Of a DNA stretch of 49,845 nucleotides, positions 48,956 to 49,845 are shown piece after piece. Source of the DNA: Acidobacteriota bacterium (GTDB lineage Bacteria > Acidobacteriota > Polarisedimenticolia > J045); NCBI GenBank assembly GCA_003695625.1, contig RFIB01000337.1:1-49845 (forward strand), in the 5' to 3' direction. How positions within the stretch are numbered: the first letter of the stretch is position 1; every line of letters starts with the position of its first letter. The position numbers were made by a program, and so were the translations under genes. Below the pieces are notes generated by a model. The model was not told the DNA's origin and ran no database searches. It worked only from the letters and a program-made list of their open reading frames with translations.

Positions 48956-49845
48956 GCTCGTCCCCGTGAGGCCCGCGCCCGCCCGGACCGCAGGACGAGA
49001 CATGCCGCCTGGAAGCCCTCCCACGGACCGAGGTCGGGGCGCGTGAGCAGGCAGCGCGGCTCGCGCGGATCCGCAAGCGAGGCGGCTTCGGCGCCGAGCC
49101 GTGCCGGCGCGTCGTCCAGGTCGAACTCCGGATGACGCACGAGGAACGAGCGCACCTGCTCGATCCCCTCCTCCGGCTCGAGGCTGCACACCGCGTAGAC
49201 CAGCCGCCCGCCGGGGGCGACGAGCCGCGCCGCGCCGTCGAGCAGCGCGCGCTGGAGCGCGGCGGCACGGGCCACGTCGCCGGCGGTCACGCGCACCCGG
49301 CGCTCGGGCCGGCGCCGCAACGTGCCCGTTCCCGAGCAGGGAGCGTCGAGCAGGACGGTCGCGAACCGCCCGCCGACGAGCGGCGGGGTGCGCGCGTCCG
49401 CGCGGACGAGCGCCACCGGGGACGGGAGGTCCGCGCCGGTCAGGCGCCGCGCCAGCGCCCGCGCCCGGCCGGGGTGCGGCTCGAGCGCGACGGTCGGCCC
49501 GGCGCGACGCCACGCCAGCAGCAGCGTCTTGCCTCCGGGTGCCGCCGCGAGGTCGGCAGCGGGCCCCTCCGGGGCGTCGGCGGCGAGCCGGGCGACGATC
49601 GCCGCTCCCTGGTCGACCGCCACCGACGGTCCGGCCACCGGCTCTCCGGCCTCGGGATCTCCGCGGACGATCTCACGTCCGCCGGGCACGAGGCCGGCGG
49701 CGGCGTCAGCGCGCCGCCCCCACGCCCGCAGATCGACGACGAACGGCCGCGCCGGCCGCGTCGTCGCCGCGGCGATCGCCGCCGCCGCGTCCTCCCCGAA
49801 TGCGTCGCGCCAGCGCGCGAGCAGCCACCGCGGCACCGCGCGCAC
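48952..49845 (-). CDS. rsmB: 16S rRNA (cytosine967-C5)-methyltransferase RsmB (3' part; N-terminus outside window)
   Basis: NOL1/NOP2/Sun motifs DLAAAPGGKT, LLDAPCSGTGTLRRRPE and LVYAVCSLEPEE. The frame is open to the window edge. Confidence 0.9.
   Translation of the reverse strand: MRAVPRWLLARWRDAFGEDAAAAIAAATTRPARPFVVDLRAWGRRADAAAGLVPGGREIVRGDPEAGEPVAGPSVAVDQGAAIVARLAADAPEGPAADLAAAPGGKTLLLAWRRAGPTVALEPHPGRARALARRLTGADLPSPVALVRADARTPPLVGGRFATVLLDAPCSGTGTLRRRPERRVRVTAGDVARAAALQRALLDGAARLVAPGGRLVYAVCSLEPEEGIEQVRSFLVRHPEFDLDDAPARLGAEAASLADPREPRCLLTRPDLGPWEGFQAACLVLRSGRARASRGRA

Overview
Very GC-rich chromosomal segment (by eye above 70% GC, with third codon positions almost always G/C; not computed). 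It comes from a diderm bacterium, since LPS, Bam, Lol, Skp and TonB/ExbBD genes are all present. The phylum cannot be assigned from sequence alone. The mix of ClpC, PrkA-YeaH-SpoVR, a single Lol permease and a kinase-less PASTA protein is reminiscent of Acidobacteriota, Myxococcota or Gemmatimonadota-type genomes, but that is inference only.

I call 46 protein-coding genes, two of them truncated by the window edges, plus one gene remnant. I found no rRNA, tRNA, CRISPR array, transposase, integrase or recognisable defence island.

Content is overwhelmingly core housekeeping:
- infB-DUF503-truB-rpsO-pnp on the + strand.
- A roughly 17 kb co-directional minus-strand run: tsaB::rimI-psd-pssA-hyp-lolC/E-lolD-clpC-skp-lpxD-fabZ-lpxA-oxidoreductase-hydrolase-tonB-like-DEAD helicase-exbB-exbD-rsmD.
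- prkA-yeaH-spoVR.
- lpxC-ntrY-ntrX-like.
- hslVU-lipoprotein-dapF.
- rsmB-(inserted gene)-PASTA-rpe-thioesterase-bamD.

Genes are packed extremely tightly; 17 junctions have overlapping stop and start codons. I do not see a clear-cut novel multi-gene system.

The most unusual items are:
1. A small, codon-atypical gene for a secreted 10-Cys protein inserted between rsmB and the PASTA gene. It has its own strong SD, a terminator hairpin, and a promoter whose 19-nt spacer contains a G9 homopolymer, making it a phase-variation candidate.
2. An ATPase-less protein with two near-textbook MshEN c-di-GMP-binding motifs fused to a GAF-like domain and translationally coupled to an orphan AMMECR1 gene.
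3. An NtrX-like regulator whose AAA+ catalytic and sigma-54-contact motifs are all degenerate.
4. An 8-bp tandem duplication at the lpxC start that places an out-of-frame AUG at the optimal SD distance.
5. A 367-aa LptM/YifL-like lipoprotein with three FN3-like repeats, coupled between hslU and dapF.
6. A TsaB-RimI fusion.
7. A DEAD-box helicase embedded in a tonB-exbBD cluster.

The many long ORFs antisense to real genes are GC-driven artefacts.
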